This document shows positions 53,624 to 64,000 of a stretch of DNA of 64,000 bases, one piece after another. The notes under the pieces are model-generated. The model was not told where the DNA came from and did no database searches. It saw only the letters and a program-made list of their open reading frames with translations. The position numbers and the translations under genes were made by a program. The stretch is from Bacteroidales bacterium (GTDB taxonomy: Bacteria; Bacteroidota; Bacteroidia; Bacteroidales; G3-4614), in assembly GCA_017559955.1 (NCBI GenBank), contig JAFYPQ010000012.1, forward strand, positions 10,443 through 74,442, written 5' to 3'. The number at the start of each line of letters is the position of its first letter. Positions within the stretch are counted from its first letter, which is position 1.

Positions 53624-55012
53624 CTATTTTATTGATTCGTTTTCATCTTCATTTAAAGACTCTTCAACGAAGCCTCGTATTCTGTCAAATAAACTTGTTT
53701 TTTCTTGTTTTTTCTCTTTTTGAGGTTTTACAGGTTTTGGTTTTTCCTTCTCCTTCTCTTTCTCTTTCACCTTTTCAGGTTCTCTCTTCTCTATTGGTTT
53801 TACCTCAACCTTTTCTGTTTCCTTTGATGATTTTTTCCAACCCCACCAACTCTGTTTATCTTTTTTCTCCATTGGGTTTGAGATAGTCTCTCCTGCTATT
53901 AGGAGCATACCCATTGCTTGTGAATATAAAGGAGATTGAATATCAATGTCTCGATCAAGAGTTATTCGTTCCGAAGTTGTACCACAGTGAACCTCCATTC
54001 CTGCCTCTTTGCGTAATAGTTCAGGAAGGTCTTTTAAAAGTGATGCCCCTCCGGTTATTATTATTCCTCCTTTTATCTCTGACTTATAACCCGACTCTTT
54101 TATTTGGTTAACTACATTTGAGACTATCTCCTCGATGCGAGCAACCGATACTCTGTTAAGATCTTTGGGTTTTATAGGTCCTTTACCTTGTGCATCGAGA
54201 GTTATATCTTTTAACTGCTCTCCGGTGCTTAACAAGGCACTTCCTATCGATATTTTATATTGCTCGGCTTTCTCTGCCACAAGACCTAACGACATTATAT
54301 CCATTGTAATATTTTTTCCGCCCAACGGAATTGTTGTGGTTTGCCTTAAGTATCCTTGGCAATATATTGATATTTCAGTTGTACCTCCTCCAAAGTTCAC
54401 CAATACACAACCTTTGTTTTTATCCTCTTTTGTTAATACGGCCTCAGCATCGGCTTTAGACGATAATATCAACCCTGCTATTGGCATACTCAATTTTTCA
54501 AACACCGTAGATATATTGCGTGATAGAGCTTGACGAGCTACTGCCAACAACATATCTACTTGTATCTTTTTAGCATCCATTCCCAATGGATTTTCCACTA
54601 CTGCATCGTTTAGATATGTTTCGTTAGGCAGAACATCTATTATCTCTGTTCCTGCAATTGGAATGTTACGAGCTTCCTTATTTAGTTCGTCGAGCAATGC
54701 TGCCGAGATTTTGGTACCGTCAGGCAAGTGGCGTGATACATTGTTTTTAATTGTACGAACCGATTGCCCTCCTATTCCTACATACACTTCAGATATATGA
54801 GTGGATAATTTATTGTCTAATTTTGTTATTAATTTGCGAACCTTCGATGTACATATATCGGTATTTATTATACATCCTCGACGCACAGCACCCTCTGAAG
54901 GTTCTTTCTCGACGGCAACAACTTTAATTTTATTGCCCTCTTTGATTCCTGCCAATCCTACTATATTAGATGAGCCTAAATCTATTGCTACAATTAAATT
55001 TGATGTATCCAT
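53624..55012 (-). CDS. ftsA: Cell division protein FtsA (with long K/E/P-rich C-terminal linker)
   Basis: Actin-like ATPase fold motifs (AIDLGSS, GGGTTE, GGASLL), in the dcw position between ftsQ and ftsZ. Confidence 0.93.
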   Translation of the reverse strand: MDTSNLIVAIDLGSSNIVGLAGIKEGNKIKVVAVEKEPSEGAVRRGCIINTDICTSKVRKLITKLDNKLSTHISEVYVGIGGQSVRTIKNNVSRHLPDGTKISAALLDELNKEARNIPIAGTEIIDVLPNETYLNDAVVENPLGMDAKKIQVDMLLAVARQALSRNISTVFEKLSMPIAGLILSSKADAEAVLTKEDKNKGCVLVNFGGGTTEISIYCQGYLRQTTTIPLGGKNITMDIMSLGLVAEKAEQYKISIGSALLSTGEQLKDITLDAQGKGPIKPKDLNRVSVARIEEIVSNVVNQIKESGYKSEIKGGIIITGGASLLKDLPELLRKEAGMEVHCGTTSERITLDRDIDIQSPLYSQAMGMLLIAGETISNPMEKKDKQSWWGWKKSSKETEKVEVKPIEKREPEKVKEKEKEKEKPKPVKPQKEKKQEKTSLFDRIRGFVEESLNEDENESIK

Positions 55013-55015
55013 GAT

Positions 55016-55753
55016 TTATTGTATGTTTTTTGTGCAAATTATTTTTCCGTCGTATCTTAAATTTATTTTGTTGTAATAGTTCCACCCTGTTGTATTGAAT
55101 ACTTGGGAGTAGAGCAACTCTAACGAATTAAATTTTTCTTCAAAGTTACTCATTTTTCCAAAAAGTATCAATTGTTTTCCTATTCGAGGAATCAATTCTA
55201 TCTCTTCACTGCCTGTTACAACTATTTGTTCAATTTGATTTTCCCATTTTTTATTCTCTTTTAGATACTGAACAAAGTCATATAATTCGTTTTGAGCAAA
55301 CTCATCTTTTATATTTCCTGTTGCGACAGGCAGGTATGCCAATATTTTTTCGGATAAGGGTAGTTTTTTTCTATCCTCATCGATATAATACGATGTTGTA
55401 GGAGTTATTACTCTTAAAACGGGGATACGTTGTTCAACTTCTATCACAACCTCTCCCGATGTTGTTTTATAACATTCGTTGTTTTTTATTATCGGGTTGT
55501 TTTGAATGGTTTGCTCTATCTTATTTAGATTTATCTTCTCAATATTTTCTCCTATCCCTGCTAATTTATTATCACTTACTATCTTTAATATATCTCCTTC
55601 CGACAGGTATTGGTGTTGTTTTTGGTTGAGCAGTATTACTTTAATATTGTCGCACACCTCTTCTCTGTATTTATATTGTGCATATACGTATGCAGCAATT
55701 AAATACATAGGAAGCAGCAATATCAATATTATTTTTATAACTCTCCAAATCAT
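55016..55753 (-). CDS. ftsQ: Cell division protein FtsQ
   Basis: Single N-terminal TM helix plus a POTRA-like domain. It has a 4-nt overlap with murC and lies in the dcw cluster. Confidence 0.85.
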   Translation of the reverse strand: MIWRVIKIILILLLPMYLIAAYVYAQYKYREEVCDNIKVILLNQKQHQYLSEGDILKIVSDNKLAGIGENIEKINLNKIEQTIQNNPIIKNNECYKTTSGEVVIEVEQRIPVLRVITPTTSYYIDEDRKKLPLSEKILAYLPVATGNIKDEFAQNELYDFVQYLKENKKWENQIEQIVVTGSEEIELIPRIGKQLILFGKMSNFEEKFNSLELLYSQVFNTTGWNYYNKINLRYDGKIICTKNIQ

Positions 55754-57117
55754 TGTTTCTCAATTATCTCTTTTATTTCGGGCAGATATATATCAATATT
55801 TCCGGCACCCATGGTCATAAGCACCTCAAATTTACCAACTTTTATCTTTTCTATCAAATTTTCTTTTAAAGTTATCTCTTTTTCTTTGCAAGTAAGTTTG
55901 TTTAATATTATTTCTGAACTTACACCCTCGATAGGTTCTTCTCTTGCAGGATATATTGGAAGCAGTATTACTCTATCGGCAAGAGAGAGAGCCTCGGCAA
56001 ATTGAGGAGCGAAATCACGTGTTCTACTATATAAATGCGGATAGAAGATTACTGTTAAATGTTTGTCGGGATACAACTCCTTTACCGACGATATCGATGC
56101 CGACACTTCGTCGGGATGATGTGCATAATCATCAAGAAGCACCTTATCTTCTCTCTTTAACCAAAAATCAAATCTGCGTTCCGGACCCTGATATGAGGCT
56201 ATTGCTTCACATATCTCATCATCTTCAACTCCATTAAGAGAGGCTATGGCCATTGCAGCTATGGCATTATCAATATTTATTTTTACCGGCACACCAAGTT
56301 TTATATCTTTTATAACCTTATCAGGTGTTACAAAATCAAATACTATTTCTCCACCTCCTATACGTATGTTTTGAGCATGATAGTCGCCCTCTTCCCTTCC
56401 AAAGGTTAACAATCTTACACCCTCCTTAATTCGAGGCACAAGGCTGATTCCTTTCTTTATCAGCAAAACCCCCGAGGGGTCTATCAACTCTGTAAAAGTC
56501 GCAAAACTTTCGAGGTAAGCCTCTTCGGTTCCATAAATATCAAGGTGGTCGGGGTCAGAGGCTGTTACAACAGCCATATATGGCGATAGCTGGTGAAATG
56601 AGCGGTCATATTCATCAGCCTCTATTACTGTAAACTCGCTCTTATCTGATAGAATAAGGTTGCTATTATAATTTTTAAGTATCCCTCCTAAAAATGCGTT
56701 ACACTCAACTTTTGATGATGCCAATATATGGGCAAGCATCGAACTTGTTGTGGTTTTTCCATGTGTTCCGGCAATACATAACCCTTTACTGTTTCGGGTT
56801 ATCATTCCTAATATTTTAGCTCGTTTTACCACTTCAAAGTTATTCTCTTTGAAATATTCAAATCCTTTATGATTTGAGGGTATTGCAGGAGTATATACTA
56901 TTAACGTCTCCTCAGGATTTAGGCAGTATGCAGGAATTGACTCAATATTCTCGTCGTATGATATTTCTGCTCCCTCACTCTCAAGAGCATCGGTTATGTG
57001 AGTTCTTGTACGGTCATACCCTGCCACTTTATACCCTTTTGATATAAAGTATCTTGCCAAGGCACTCATTCCAATTCCTCCAATACCTAAAAAGTATATC
57101 GATTTTTTATTATTCAT
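55750..57117 (-). CDS. murC: UDP-N-acetylmuramate--L-alanine ligase
   Basis: FLGIGGIGMS and GTHGKTTT motifs. The ATG at 57117 overlaps the murG stop by 8 nt. Confidence 0.95.
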   Translation of the reverse strand: MNNKKSIYFLGIGGIGMSALARYFISKGYKVAGYDRTRTHITDALESEGAEISYDENIESIPAYCLNPEETLIVYTPAIPSNHKGFEYFKENNFEVVKRAKILGMITRNSKGLCIAGTHGKTTTSSMLAHILASSKVECNAFLGGILKNYNSNLILSDKSEFTVIEADEYDRSFHQLSPYMAVVTASDPDHLDIYGTEEAYLESFATFTELIDPSGVLLIKKGISLVPRIKEGVRLLTFGREEGDYHAQNIRIGGGEIVFDFVTPDKVIKDIKLGVPVKINIDNAIAAMAIASLNGVEDDEICEAIASYQGPERRFDFWLKREDKVLLDDYAHHPDEVSASISSVKELYPDKHLTVIFYPHLYSRTRDFAPQFAEALSLADRVILLPIYPAREEPIEGVSSEIILNKLTCKEKEITLKENLIEKIKVGKFEVLMTMGAGNIDIYLPEIKEIIEKQ

Positions 57118-58222
57118 TACCTCTCTTTTTTGCAATTTCTATTACAATATCGGCTATTCGGCTTGCCGACTCTTTTTGTGCCAACAATTTTATATTCTCC
57201 GACAAATTTTTCACTCTTCTTTCATCTTTTACAATGCTAAACGCTTGGTGCATTAACGAAACATTTGCCTCTGCATCGGGTACCAATATTGCGGCATCTT
57301 TCGTTGACAATGCCATTGCATTTTTCGTTTGGTGGTCTTCTGCCACATTTGGAGAAGGCACCAATATAGAAGCTTTCCCCAATAGACATAACTCCGATAT
57401 TGATGATGCTCCGGCTCTCGATATTACCAAATCGGCAGCAGCATATGCATAATCCATACGAGTAATAAATGCACTTTGCTTAACCGCTACATCTCCAGCT
57501 TTGGTTATGGCCTCACTTGCACTCTTATCGTAAAATTTACCCGATTGCCATATTATTTGTATTCCCTCCGGTATCTCTTTTAGAGAATCGATAATACTTT
57601 CGTTTATGGTTCTCGCCCCAAGACTTCCTCCTATGGCAAGTATTGTTTTTTTGTTTTTATCGAGGCCGAAATACTCAATCGCTTCTTCTCTCGATACGCT
57701 CATTGTTAAATCTTTTCTGACGGGATTTCCTGTCAATATTATGTTTTCGACAGGGAAAAAACGCTCCATTCCTTCATAAGCGACACAAATCGCATCGGCC
57801 TTTTTCGACAACAATTTGTTAGTTACTCCCGCATACGAATTTTGTTCCTGTATGACAATGGGGATATTTTTCCCCGACGCACTCCATAGCGTAGGACCGC
57901 TGGCATATCCTCCCACTCCTACTGCGACATCGGGTTTAAACTCTTTGATTATCTTTCTTGCGAGTTTAAGACTTTTAAAGAGCTGTGCTATTACTTTGAA
58001 ATTTTTAAATATGTTTGTTCGGCTCAAACCGCTTATGGGGATACCTATTATCTTATATCCTGCGGCAGGGACTTTTTCCATCTCCATACGGCCCTCTGCC
58101 CCCACAAAAAGAATTTCTGCATCTGGCATCTTCTCTTTTACTGCATCGGCTATCGATATGGCGGGGAATATGTGTCCTCCTGTTCCTCCTCCGCTGATTA
58201 TTACCTTAATGTTCTTTTTCAT
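57110..58222 (-). CDS. murG: UDP-N-acetylglucosamine--N-acetylmuramyl-(pentapeptide) pyrophosphoryl-undecaprenol N-acetylglucosamine transferase
   Basis: GGTGGHIFPAISIA N-terminal motif; 370 aa. Confidence 0.95.
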   Translation of the reverse strand: MKKNIKVIISGGGTGGHIFPAISIADAVKEKMPDAEILFVGAEGRMEMEKVPAAGYKIIGIPISGLSRTNIFKNFKVIAQLFKSLKLARKIIKEFKPDVAVGVGGYASGPTLWSASGKNIPIVIQEQNSYAGVTNKLLSKKADAICVAYEGMERFFPVENIILTGNPVRKDLTMSVSREEAIEYFGLDKNKKTILAIGGSLGARTINESIIDSLKEIPEGIQIIWQSGKFYDKSASEAITKAGDVAVKQSAFITRMDYAYAAADLVISRAGASSISELCLLGKASILVPSPNVAEDHQTKNAMALSTKDAAILVPDAEANVSLMHQAFSIVKDERRVKNLSENIKLLAQKESASRIADIVIEIAKKRGNE

Positions 58223-59484
58223 ATATCATCTTTTAGATTTGGATTTGGAGCGGATATACTTTCGGGAATTTCCTCCTCATCCTTACTATTGTTACTATTG
58301 TTTTCTATTGTTGCATATCTGCTTATACTTAGTAATATTCCGAAGTATATGCCGGTTATCATTACCGATGTACCTCCACGACTAATCATTGGCAAAGGCT
58401 GTCCGGTTACAGGCATTACCCCCGTTGCCACCATCATATTTATTATTGCCTGAAATACTATCAACATTGCTATACCCATCATCAAAAATGCAGGGAATGC
58501 CTGTGTGCACCGTCGGGTGTTTTGATATGCCCTGAACAGTATCGATATATATAATCCCATAACAATCAAACCTCCTAATATTCCATACTCTTCAATTATT
58601 ATGGCATATATAAAATCGGAATAGGCCTGAGGGAGGAAATCTCTCTCCTGACTATTACCGGGGCCCAATCCTATTCCATTGCTGTTTGCAATTGCCATAG
58701 ATGCATGATGCTCCTGGTAATTATCATCGTTAGTATCCTCTTCAAAGCTTTTTTTACCATCGCTCTTTTCAAAAAAACTTGCAATCCTCGAATTCCATTC
58801 ATTTGCTCTATGCATAACCTTCATAAAGCCACCCTTACTGTCCGGATATTTTTTATCAAGGATATATGCCGTTCCTAAAATCGAGCCAACGAATATCATT
58901 ACCAACAGTAACAATATTCCAAGTTTCTTGAAACTTACTCCGGCAATAATCATCATACAATAGCTTACCAATCCTATAAGTGCCGCTGTCGAGAAGTTCT
59001 CGGTAAATATTAACAAGCAAGAGGTTCCTACAATTATAAGAACCTTTTTAAAGGCATTGGTTGATACCCCTTTTTCGTTCTGACCTTTTGCCAAGAAGTA
59101 TGAACTTAAAATTATTACGCCCAATTTAGCCAACTCCGAAGGCTGAATTCTTATTCCTGTATGCGGAATTATTATCCAACGAGAAGCATCATTAAGCTTT
59201 TCTCCGAAAAAAAGAGCCCATATCAACAACAGCGATGATATTATAAAGAGAGGGAACCCGAATAATCGTAAATATTTATAGTGTATGTAGTGAACAACAA
59301 ACACCACAATTACACTTCCCACCAAAAACTTGGCGTGTCTTATTATAGGGTCATATATGTCGTCCGATGTATATGTCAGCGTTCCACTCGCACTATACAT
59401 CGACAAAATTGAGATTAAGCATAATCCGAAGAATGCTCCCCATATATACTTGTCTCCTTTTAATATCTTGCTCTTTATCTCCAT
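58219..59484 (-). CDS. ftsW: FtsW/RodA/SpoVE family cell cycle protein (peptidoglycan glycosyltransferase)
   Basis: Polytopic SEDS protein located between murD and murG. Confidence 0.9.
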   Translation of the reverse strand: MEIKSKILKGDKYIWGAFFGLCLISILSMYSASGTLTYTSDDIYDPIIRHAKFLVGSVIVVFVVHYIHYKYLRLFGFPLFIISSLLLIWALFFGEKLNDASRWIIIPHTGIRIQPSELAKLGVIILSSYFLAKGQNEKGVSTNAFKKVLIIVGTSCLLIFTENFSTAALIGLVSYCMMIIAGVSFKKLGILLLLVMIFVGSILGTAYILDKKYPDSKGGFMKVMHRANEWNSRIASFFEKSDGKKSFEEDTNDDNYQEHHASMAIANSNGIGLGPGNSQERDFLPQAYSDFIYAIIIEEYGILGGLIVMGLYISILFRAYQNTRRCTQAFPAFLMMGIAMLIVFQAIINMMVATGVMPVTGQPLPMISRGGTSVMITGIYFGILLSISRYATIENNSNNSKDEEEIPESISAPNPNLKDDI

Positions 59485-59488
59485 TTAC

Positions 59489-60826
59489 CTATATCTCTTT
59501 TACACATTTTTTGAATTGTTCTCCTCTGTCTTCGTAACTTTTAAAAAGGTCGAAACTTGCACAACAGGGAGAGAGCAACACAGTATCGCCGGGTATAGCC
59601 AAAGAGAATGCTTTTTCAACAGCCTCTTTCATCGATGAAGCATCCGCCATCTCTTTACCCATACCATCAAAGAATTTATGAAGTTTGCTATTGTCAACGC
59701 CCAAACACACAATTGCTTTTACTTTATCTTTCACCAATTGCTCTATCTCCGAGTAATCGTTACCCTTATCTTTTCCTCCAAGTATTAGTACCACCGGAGT
59801 TTTCATACTTTCAAGGGCATACCAACAAGAGTTTACGTTTGTAGCTTTTGAGTCATTTATAAACTCCACACCACGAATACGACCGGCTTTTTCCAATCGA
59901 TGTTCGACGCCTTTAAATCCGCTTAATGCAGCCCTAATCTCCTCTTTTCGTATTTCAAGAACCTTTGCGGAGATTGATGCAGCAAGAGAGTTAAACAGAT
60001 TGTGGCGACCCTCGAGCGACAGAGCCTCTTCATCTATTGTTATTGCTCCTTTATTATCGCTTATTATTATGTTTGCTCCCTCTTTATAAGCAGCAACACC
60101 ATTACCGCTCTTCTCTGCAAACGGGTAAAGTTTCGATTTTAAATTATATTTCGATAACTCTTCTGTAATTATGGGGTCATCGTTCCAGAATATAAAGGCA
60201 TCATTTTCGGTTTGGTTCTGAGTTATTCTGAATTTCGCATCAACATAGTTTTGCATCTCATACCCGTAACGGTCGAGGTGATCGGGGGTTATATTGAGCA
60301 ATACGGCAATATTTGCCTTAAACTCATACATATTGTCCAATTGAAAACTGCTTAATTCTATTACATAGTAATCGAAGTTTTGTGTAGCTACCTGTAATGC
60401 CAAACTTTTGCCCACATTACCTGCCAATCCTACATTCAGTCCTGCACTTTTTAAAATATGATATGTTAAAAGAGTTGTTGTTGTTTTACCATTACTTCCG
60501 GTGATACATATCATCTTTGCATCGGTATATCGTCCTGCAAATTCTATCTCAGAGATTACCGGTATCTGCTTTTCGAGTATGGCTTTCATTACCGGAACTG
60601 TATCGGGTATGCCGGGACTCTTTATTACCTCATCGGCATTTAATATCTTCTCAAGAGTGTGGTTCCCGCTTTCACTCTCAATCCCATACTTCTGCAACAA
60701 TAGTTGATAACTCTCCTTAATCGGAGAACTGTCCGACACAAACACATCGAACCCTTTTACTTTTGCTAAAACCGCAGCTCCGGCTCCACTCTCTCCTGCT
60801 CCTAATATTACAACTCTCTTTGCCAT
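59489..60826 (-). CDS. murD: UDP-N-acetylmuramoyl-L-alanine--D-glutamate ligase
   Basis: VVILGAGESG and GSNGKTTT motifs. The ATG at 60826 (MAKRVVIL) overlaps the mraY stop as TAATG, and is preferred over the ORF-track start at 60883. Confidence 0.93.
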   Translation of the reverse strand: MAKRVVILGAGESGAGAAVLAKVKGFDVFVSDSSPIKESYQLLLQKYGIESESGNHTLEKILNADEVIKSPGIPDTVPVMKAILEKQIPVISEIEFAGRYTDAKMICITGSNGKTTTTLLTYHILKSAGLNVGLAGNVGKSLALQVATQNFDYYVIELSSFQLDNMYEFKANIAVLLNITPDHLDRYGYEMQNYVDAKFRITQNQTENDAFIFWNDDPIITEELSKYNLKSKLYPFAEKSGNGVAAYKEGANIIISDNKGAITIDEEALSLEGRHNLFNSLAASISAKVLEIRKEEIRAALSGFKGVEHRLEKAGRIRGVEFINDSKATNVNSCWYALESMKTPVVLILGGKDKGNDYSEIEQLVKDKVKAIVCLGVDNSKLHKFFDGMGKEMADASSMKEAVEKAFSLAIPGDTVLLSPCCASFDLFKSYEDRGEQFKKCVKEI

Positions 60827-62091
60827 TATCGTATTTTTAGTGTTACTATGGTTAATGCTGCCAAAAGTATGCTTATAATCCAAAAACGAAGTGTTATTCT
60901 CGACTCGGGCATCTTATTTTTTGGAGATTGCCAAAGTGCGTTTATTGAACCATCCCCATCTTTTTGAAAGTGATGATGAAGCGGTGTCATCTTAAATATT
61001 CGACGTCCCTCTCCATACATTTTCTTGGTAGTTTTGAAGTATGCGGTTTGCAGTATCACACTTAAACTCTCAACCAAAAATATTCCGCACAATAGCGGCA
61101 ATAAAAGTTCCTTACGTAGAGTTATTGCCAACACTGCTATTATTCCACCTATTGTCAAACTTCCTGTATCACCCATAAATACCTGAGCTGGATATACATT
61201 ATACCACAAGAAACCTATCAACGCACCTACAAACGCACTGATAAATACCACCAACTCCTCAGAGCCAGGAATATACATTATATCGAGATATGGAGCGTAT
61301 ATTACGTGTCCCGACAGATATGCGAATATTCCAAGAGTAACACCTATTATTGCCGTCGTACCGGCAGCCAAGCCATCAAGCCCGTCGGTCAGATTTGCAC
61401 CATTCGATACTGCCGTAACCACAAGAATAGATATTATCACAAATATTACCCATCCCGCAGTTTGAGCATGCTCGCCTGCGAACGGAATTAAATCGGCATA
61501 ATCAAAATTGTGGTTCTTCACAAACGGAATAGTTGTTTTTGTCGATTTTATATCGATATTCTGAACCTCCTCAGTTACTACACCAATTTGGTTAATTGTA
61601 TCTGCACTGCTTTTCTCGCGTATAACCACATCGGGCGACAAATAAAGGGTAAGTCCCACTATCAATCCTAATCCAATTTGTCCTATGATTTTGAATTTGC
61701 CTTTCATCCCCTCTTTATTCTTTTTGATTACTTTTATGTAATCATCAGCAAATCCCAACACACCTAACCACACGGTAGTTACGAGCATAAGAATCATATA
61801 TATATTATTTAGGCGACCCACTAAAAGACATGGTATAAGAGTTGCTATTATTATGATTATTCCGCCCATTGTGGGAGTTCCTTTTTTTGATAACTGACCC
61901 TCTAAAGAGAGGTCTCGAATTGTCTCCCCAATCTGCATCTGTTGCAGTTTGTTAATAATCTTACGTCCGATTACCATCGCTATAAATAGCGACAGTACAA
62001 AAGCCAAAGTAGCTCTAAACGATATATATTGAAACATTCCCGCACCGGGAATATCTATTGTGTTTAGGTAGTTAAAAAAATCGTACAACAT
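60826..62091 (-). CDS. mraY: Phospho-N-acetylmuramoyl-pentapeptide-transferase
   Basis: [18 protein letters not shown] and MGDTGS motifs. Confidence 0.96.
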   Translation of the reverse strand: MLYDFFNYLNTIDIPGAGMFQYISFRATLAFVLSLFIAMVIGRKIINKLQQMQIGETIRDLSLEGQLSKKGTPTMGGIIIIIATLIPCLLVGRLNNIYMILMLVTTVWLGVLGFADDYIKVIKKNKEGMKGKFKIIGQIGLGLIVGLTLYLSPDVVIREKSSADTINQIGVVTEEVQNIDIKSTKTTIPFVKNHNFDYADLIPFAGEHAQTAGWVIFVIISILVVTAVSNGANLTDGLDGLAAGTTAIIGVTLGIFAYLSGHVIYAPYLDIMYIPGSEELVVFISAFVGALIGFLWYNVYPAQVFMGDTGSLTIGGIIAVLAITLRKELLLPLLCGIFLVESLSVILQTAYFKTTKKMYGEGRRIFKMTPLHHHFQKDGDGSINALWQSPKNKMPESRITLRFWIISILLAALTIVTLKIR

Positions 62092-62114
62092 TTCTTATTC
62101 TCTCCTTATTCTTT

Positions 62115-63572
62115 CTAAATTATCTCTTCAAATGCTTTTTCAATCTCTTCTCTGTCGTCAAAATGATGTTTCACACCTTTTATCTCTTGATAATCTTCAT
62201 GACCCTTGCCGGCAACAAGCACAACATCACCGGGTTTCGCCAAACGAATTGCCAAACGAATTGCTTCACGACGATCGGTTATAGCCAAACATTTTTTTAA
62301 TTGAGAGGCAGACAATCCCTCCTTCATATCGGCAATTATTTGTTCCGGTTCTTCATCCCTCGGATTATCTGATGTCAAAATTAACTGCGATGATAATTTC
62401 GATGCCTCCTGAGCCATAATCGGACGTTTTCCCTTATCTCTGTTTCCTCCTGCACCTATTACCGATATTATCTCGCCCTTACCTCGTATAACCTCTGTTA
62501 TCGATTGCAATACATTGGTTATTGCATCGGGAGTATGTGCATAATCAACAATTGCGGTTACTCCTCCTTTCGATATAGTTTGGAAACGTCCCGATACAGG
62601 TATCAACATTGAAATAACCGTTAAAACCTCCTCGGGTTCTCTTCCTAACAGACAAGCCGCCCCATATACCGCCAACAGGTTATAAGCATTAAATTTGCCG
62701 ACAAACAGAGTTTCTACCTCTCTGTTATTTATCTGCAATGTTGTTCCGTCAATTCTGCTCTCAATAATTTTACCTTTAAATTCGGCTACCGATTTAAGAG
62801 AATATTCACTCTTTTTAGCCTTGCAGTTTTGGAGCATTACCGCACCGGTTTTATCGTCTGCATTTGTTATTGCAAATGCTTTCTTGCTCAACGAATCAAA
62901 GAAACTTTTCTTTGCCTTCAAATATGCATCCACTGTTTTATGATAGTCCATGTGGTCTCGTGTAAGGTTGGTAAAAATTCCACCGTCAAATTCCAACCCT
63001 CCAATTCTTTTTTGGTCGGCTGAGTGAGAACTTACCTCCATAAAAGCATATGTACACCCCTCCTCTACCATATCGTTCAACAAAGAGTTTAATGATATTG
63101 GGTCGGGGGTTGTATGTGTTGACGGAACAGCTTTATCTCCTACATAATTACATACGGTTGATAATAGGCCTACCTTCTCTCCAAAAATTTTAAACATCTT
63201 GTACAAAAGTGTGGCAATGGTTGTTTTTCCATTTGTTCCGGTTACTCCCACAAGTTTTAATTTTGACGAAGGGTAGTTATACCATGCCGAAGCAATTTGT
63301 CCGAGTGCAAGTTGCGAATCGGCAACCGCAATATATGTTACCCCTTCTCTTTGAGTTTCGGGCATATCTTCGCAAACAATGGCTGTGGCACCCAACTCTA
63401 TTGCTTTGTCAATAAATTTATGTCCGTCAACAGTTGTGCCTTTTACAGCTATAAACATATATCCGGGTTTTATATTACGTGAATCGGAATCTATTCCTTT
63501 CACCTCTTGTGCTATATCTCCCGCTATATTTATTGTTTTAATTTTTTCTATAATAGCCGATATCTGTTTCAT
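62115..63572 (-). CDS. murE: UDP-N-acetylmuramoyl-L-alanyl-D-glutamate--2,6-diaminopimelate ligase
   Basis: GTNGKTT P-loop and DNPR motif ([10 protein letters not shown]). Confidence 0.95.
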   Translation of the reverse strand: MKQISAIIEKIKTINIAGDIAQEVKGIDSDSRNIKPGYMFIAVKGTTVDGHKFIDKAIELGATAIVCEDMPETQREGVTYIAVADSQLALGQIASAWYNYPSSKLKLVGVTGTNGKTTIATLLYKMFKIFGEKVGLLSTVCNYVGDKAVPSTHTTPDPISLNSLLNDMVEEGCTYAFMEVSSHSADQKRIGGLEFDGGIFTNLTRDHMDYHKTVDAYLKAKKSFFDSLSKKAFAITNADDKTGAVMLQNCKAKKSEYSLKSVAEFKGKIIESRIDGTTLQINNREVETLFVGKFNAYNLLAVYGAACLLGREPEEVLTVISMLIPVSGRFQTISKGGVTAIVDYAHTPDAITNVLQSITEVIRGKGEIISVIGAGGNRDKGKRPIMAQEASKLSSQLILTSDNPRDEEPEQIIADMKEGLSASQLKKCLAITDRREAIRLAIRLAKPGDVVLVAGKGHEDYQEIKGVKHHFDDREEIEKAFEEII

Positions 63573-63579
63573 ACTATTT

Positions 63580-64000
63580 TTATTCTAAGGTTATTATTAC
63601 TTCATCTCCTTTCCCCAGTTTACTGCCGGGGTCGGGCATCTGCTCTTTAACGCACCCTTGCCCCTTGATTTTAACATTAACTCCCGATTGTTCCAAAACA
63701 AGTAACGCATCTTTTAACCCCATTCCTATTACAGACGGAATTAAAGGAATTGAATCATTATCTTGGTTAAATACCTCGATATGCTCACCACTTATTCTAA
63801 TATCAGAATTGTCTTCTGCCTCTGTTGTATAAGCAACGCTTAAAGAGTCGCAAAGCGATTGTGTTATATTGCTTATGCCTCTCTTTATTTCAGGAGCCAT
63901 AACAATATCCTTATCAACCTCTAATGGTAATGCTTTATCGAGAAATCCGTTGGCATACAGATGCTCGGCTATTGTTTTTACAACCTCTCCCGATATTGCT
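63580..64000 (-). CDS. ftsI: Penicillin-binding protein (FtsI-type transpeptidase), C-terminal part only, ending in a PASTA domain; runs off the window
   Basis: The reading frame stays open to the window edge. The last roughly 57 aa ([56 protein letters not shown]) match the PASTA pattern. It sits upstream of murE. Confidence 0.75.
   Translation of the reverse strand, partial: AISGEVVKTIAEHLYANGFLDKALPLEVDKDIVMAPEIKRGISNITQSLCDSLSVAYTTEAEDNSDIRISGEHIEVFNQDNDSIPLIPSVIGMGLKDALLVLEQSGVNVKIKGQGCVKEQMPDPGSKLGKGDEVIITLE

Noticed and set aside
1-64000. Scanned for CRISPR arrays and other regularly spaced direct repeats.
   Set aside because: I saw no series of three or more evenly spaced repeats of 25-40 bp. 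The only multi-copy sequences are the E-elements, the IS982 ends and the tRNA-Asn duplicate.

Overview
This 64 kb chromosomal window comes from a low-GC Bacteroidota (Bacteroidales-type) genome. That lineage call is an inference from three things: exact TAnnTTTG -7 promoter boxes upstream of many genes and all tRNAs, a FeoA-FeoB fusion, and a Bacteroidales-style dcw cluster. About 90% of the window is ordinary core genome, mostly on the minus strand. The core genes are listed here.
- The dcw/cell-division cluster: ftsI (partial), murE, mraY, murD, ftsW, murG, murC, ftsQ, ftsA, ftsZ, at 52296 to 64000.
- Housekeeping genes: yqeY, serS, ychF, LOG, hemD, rnpA, yidD, tatD, tyrS, mutS, a U32 peptidase, glyQS, parC, malQ, rnhB, feoAB, lrgAB and mtaB.
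- Five tRNAs: Ser-GCT, Leu-TAG, 2x Asn-GTT and Gln-TTG.

There are two small accessory patches.
- **Patch 1 (1 to 5436).** It holds a class II Fic protein, a DUF2971 protein, an orphan 2-TM protein, an SDR, a truncated Bro-N gene and a solo IS982-type inverted repeat.
- **Patch 2 (22371 to 25324).** It sits downstream of the 3' end of tRNA-Leu and holds a decayed IS982 element plus a 645 aa YD-repeat-like lipoprotein.

The most unusual signal I can see is not a protein. It is a family of paralogous elements of about 105 nt, all on the plus strand and all inside the accessory patches. The copies are at 1-80 (cut by the window edge), 1555-1650 (degenerate), 4878-4984 and 25028-25134. They share a conserved core and show one compensatory stem change. 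Three copies end in a hairpin, and in the two full copies (4878-4984 and 25028-25134) a T-run follows it.

I found no CRISPR array, no intact transposase and no complete recognisable defence system. All family assignments rest on motifs I recognise by eye. No database search was run.
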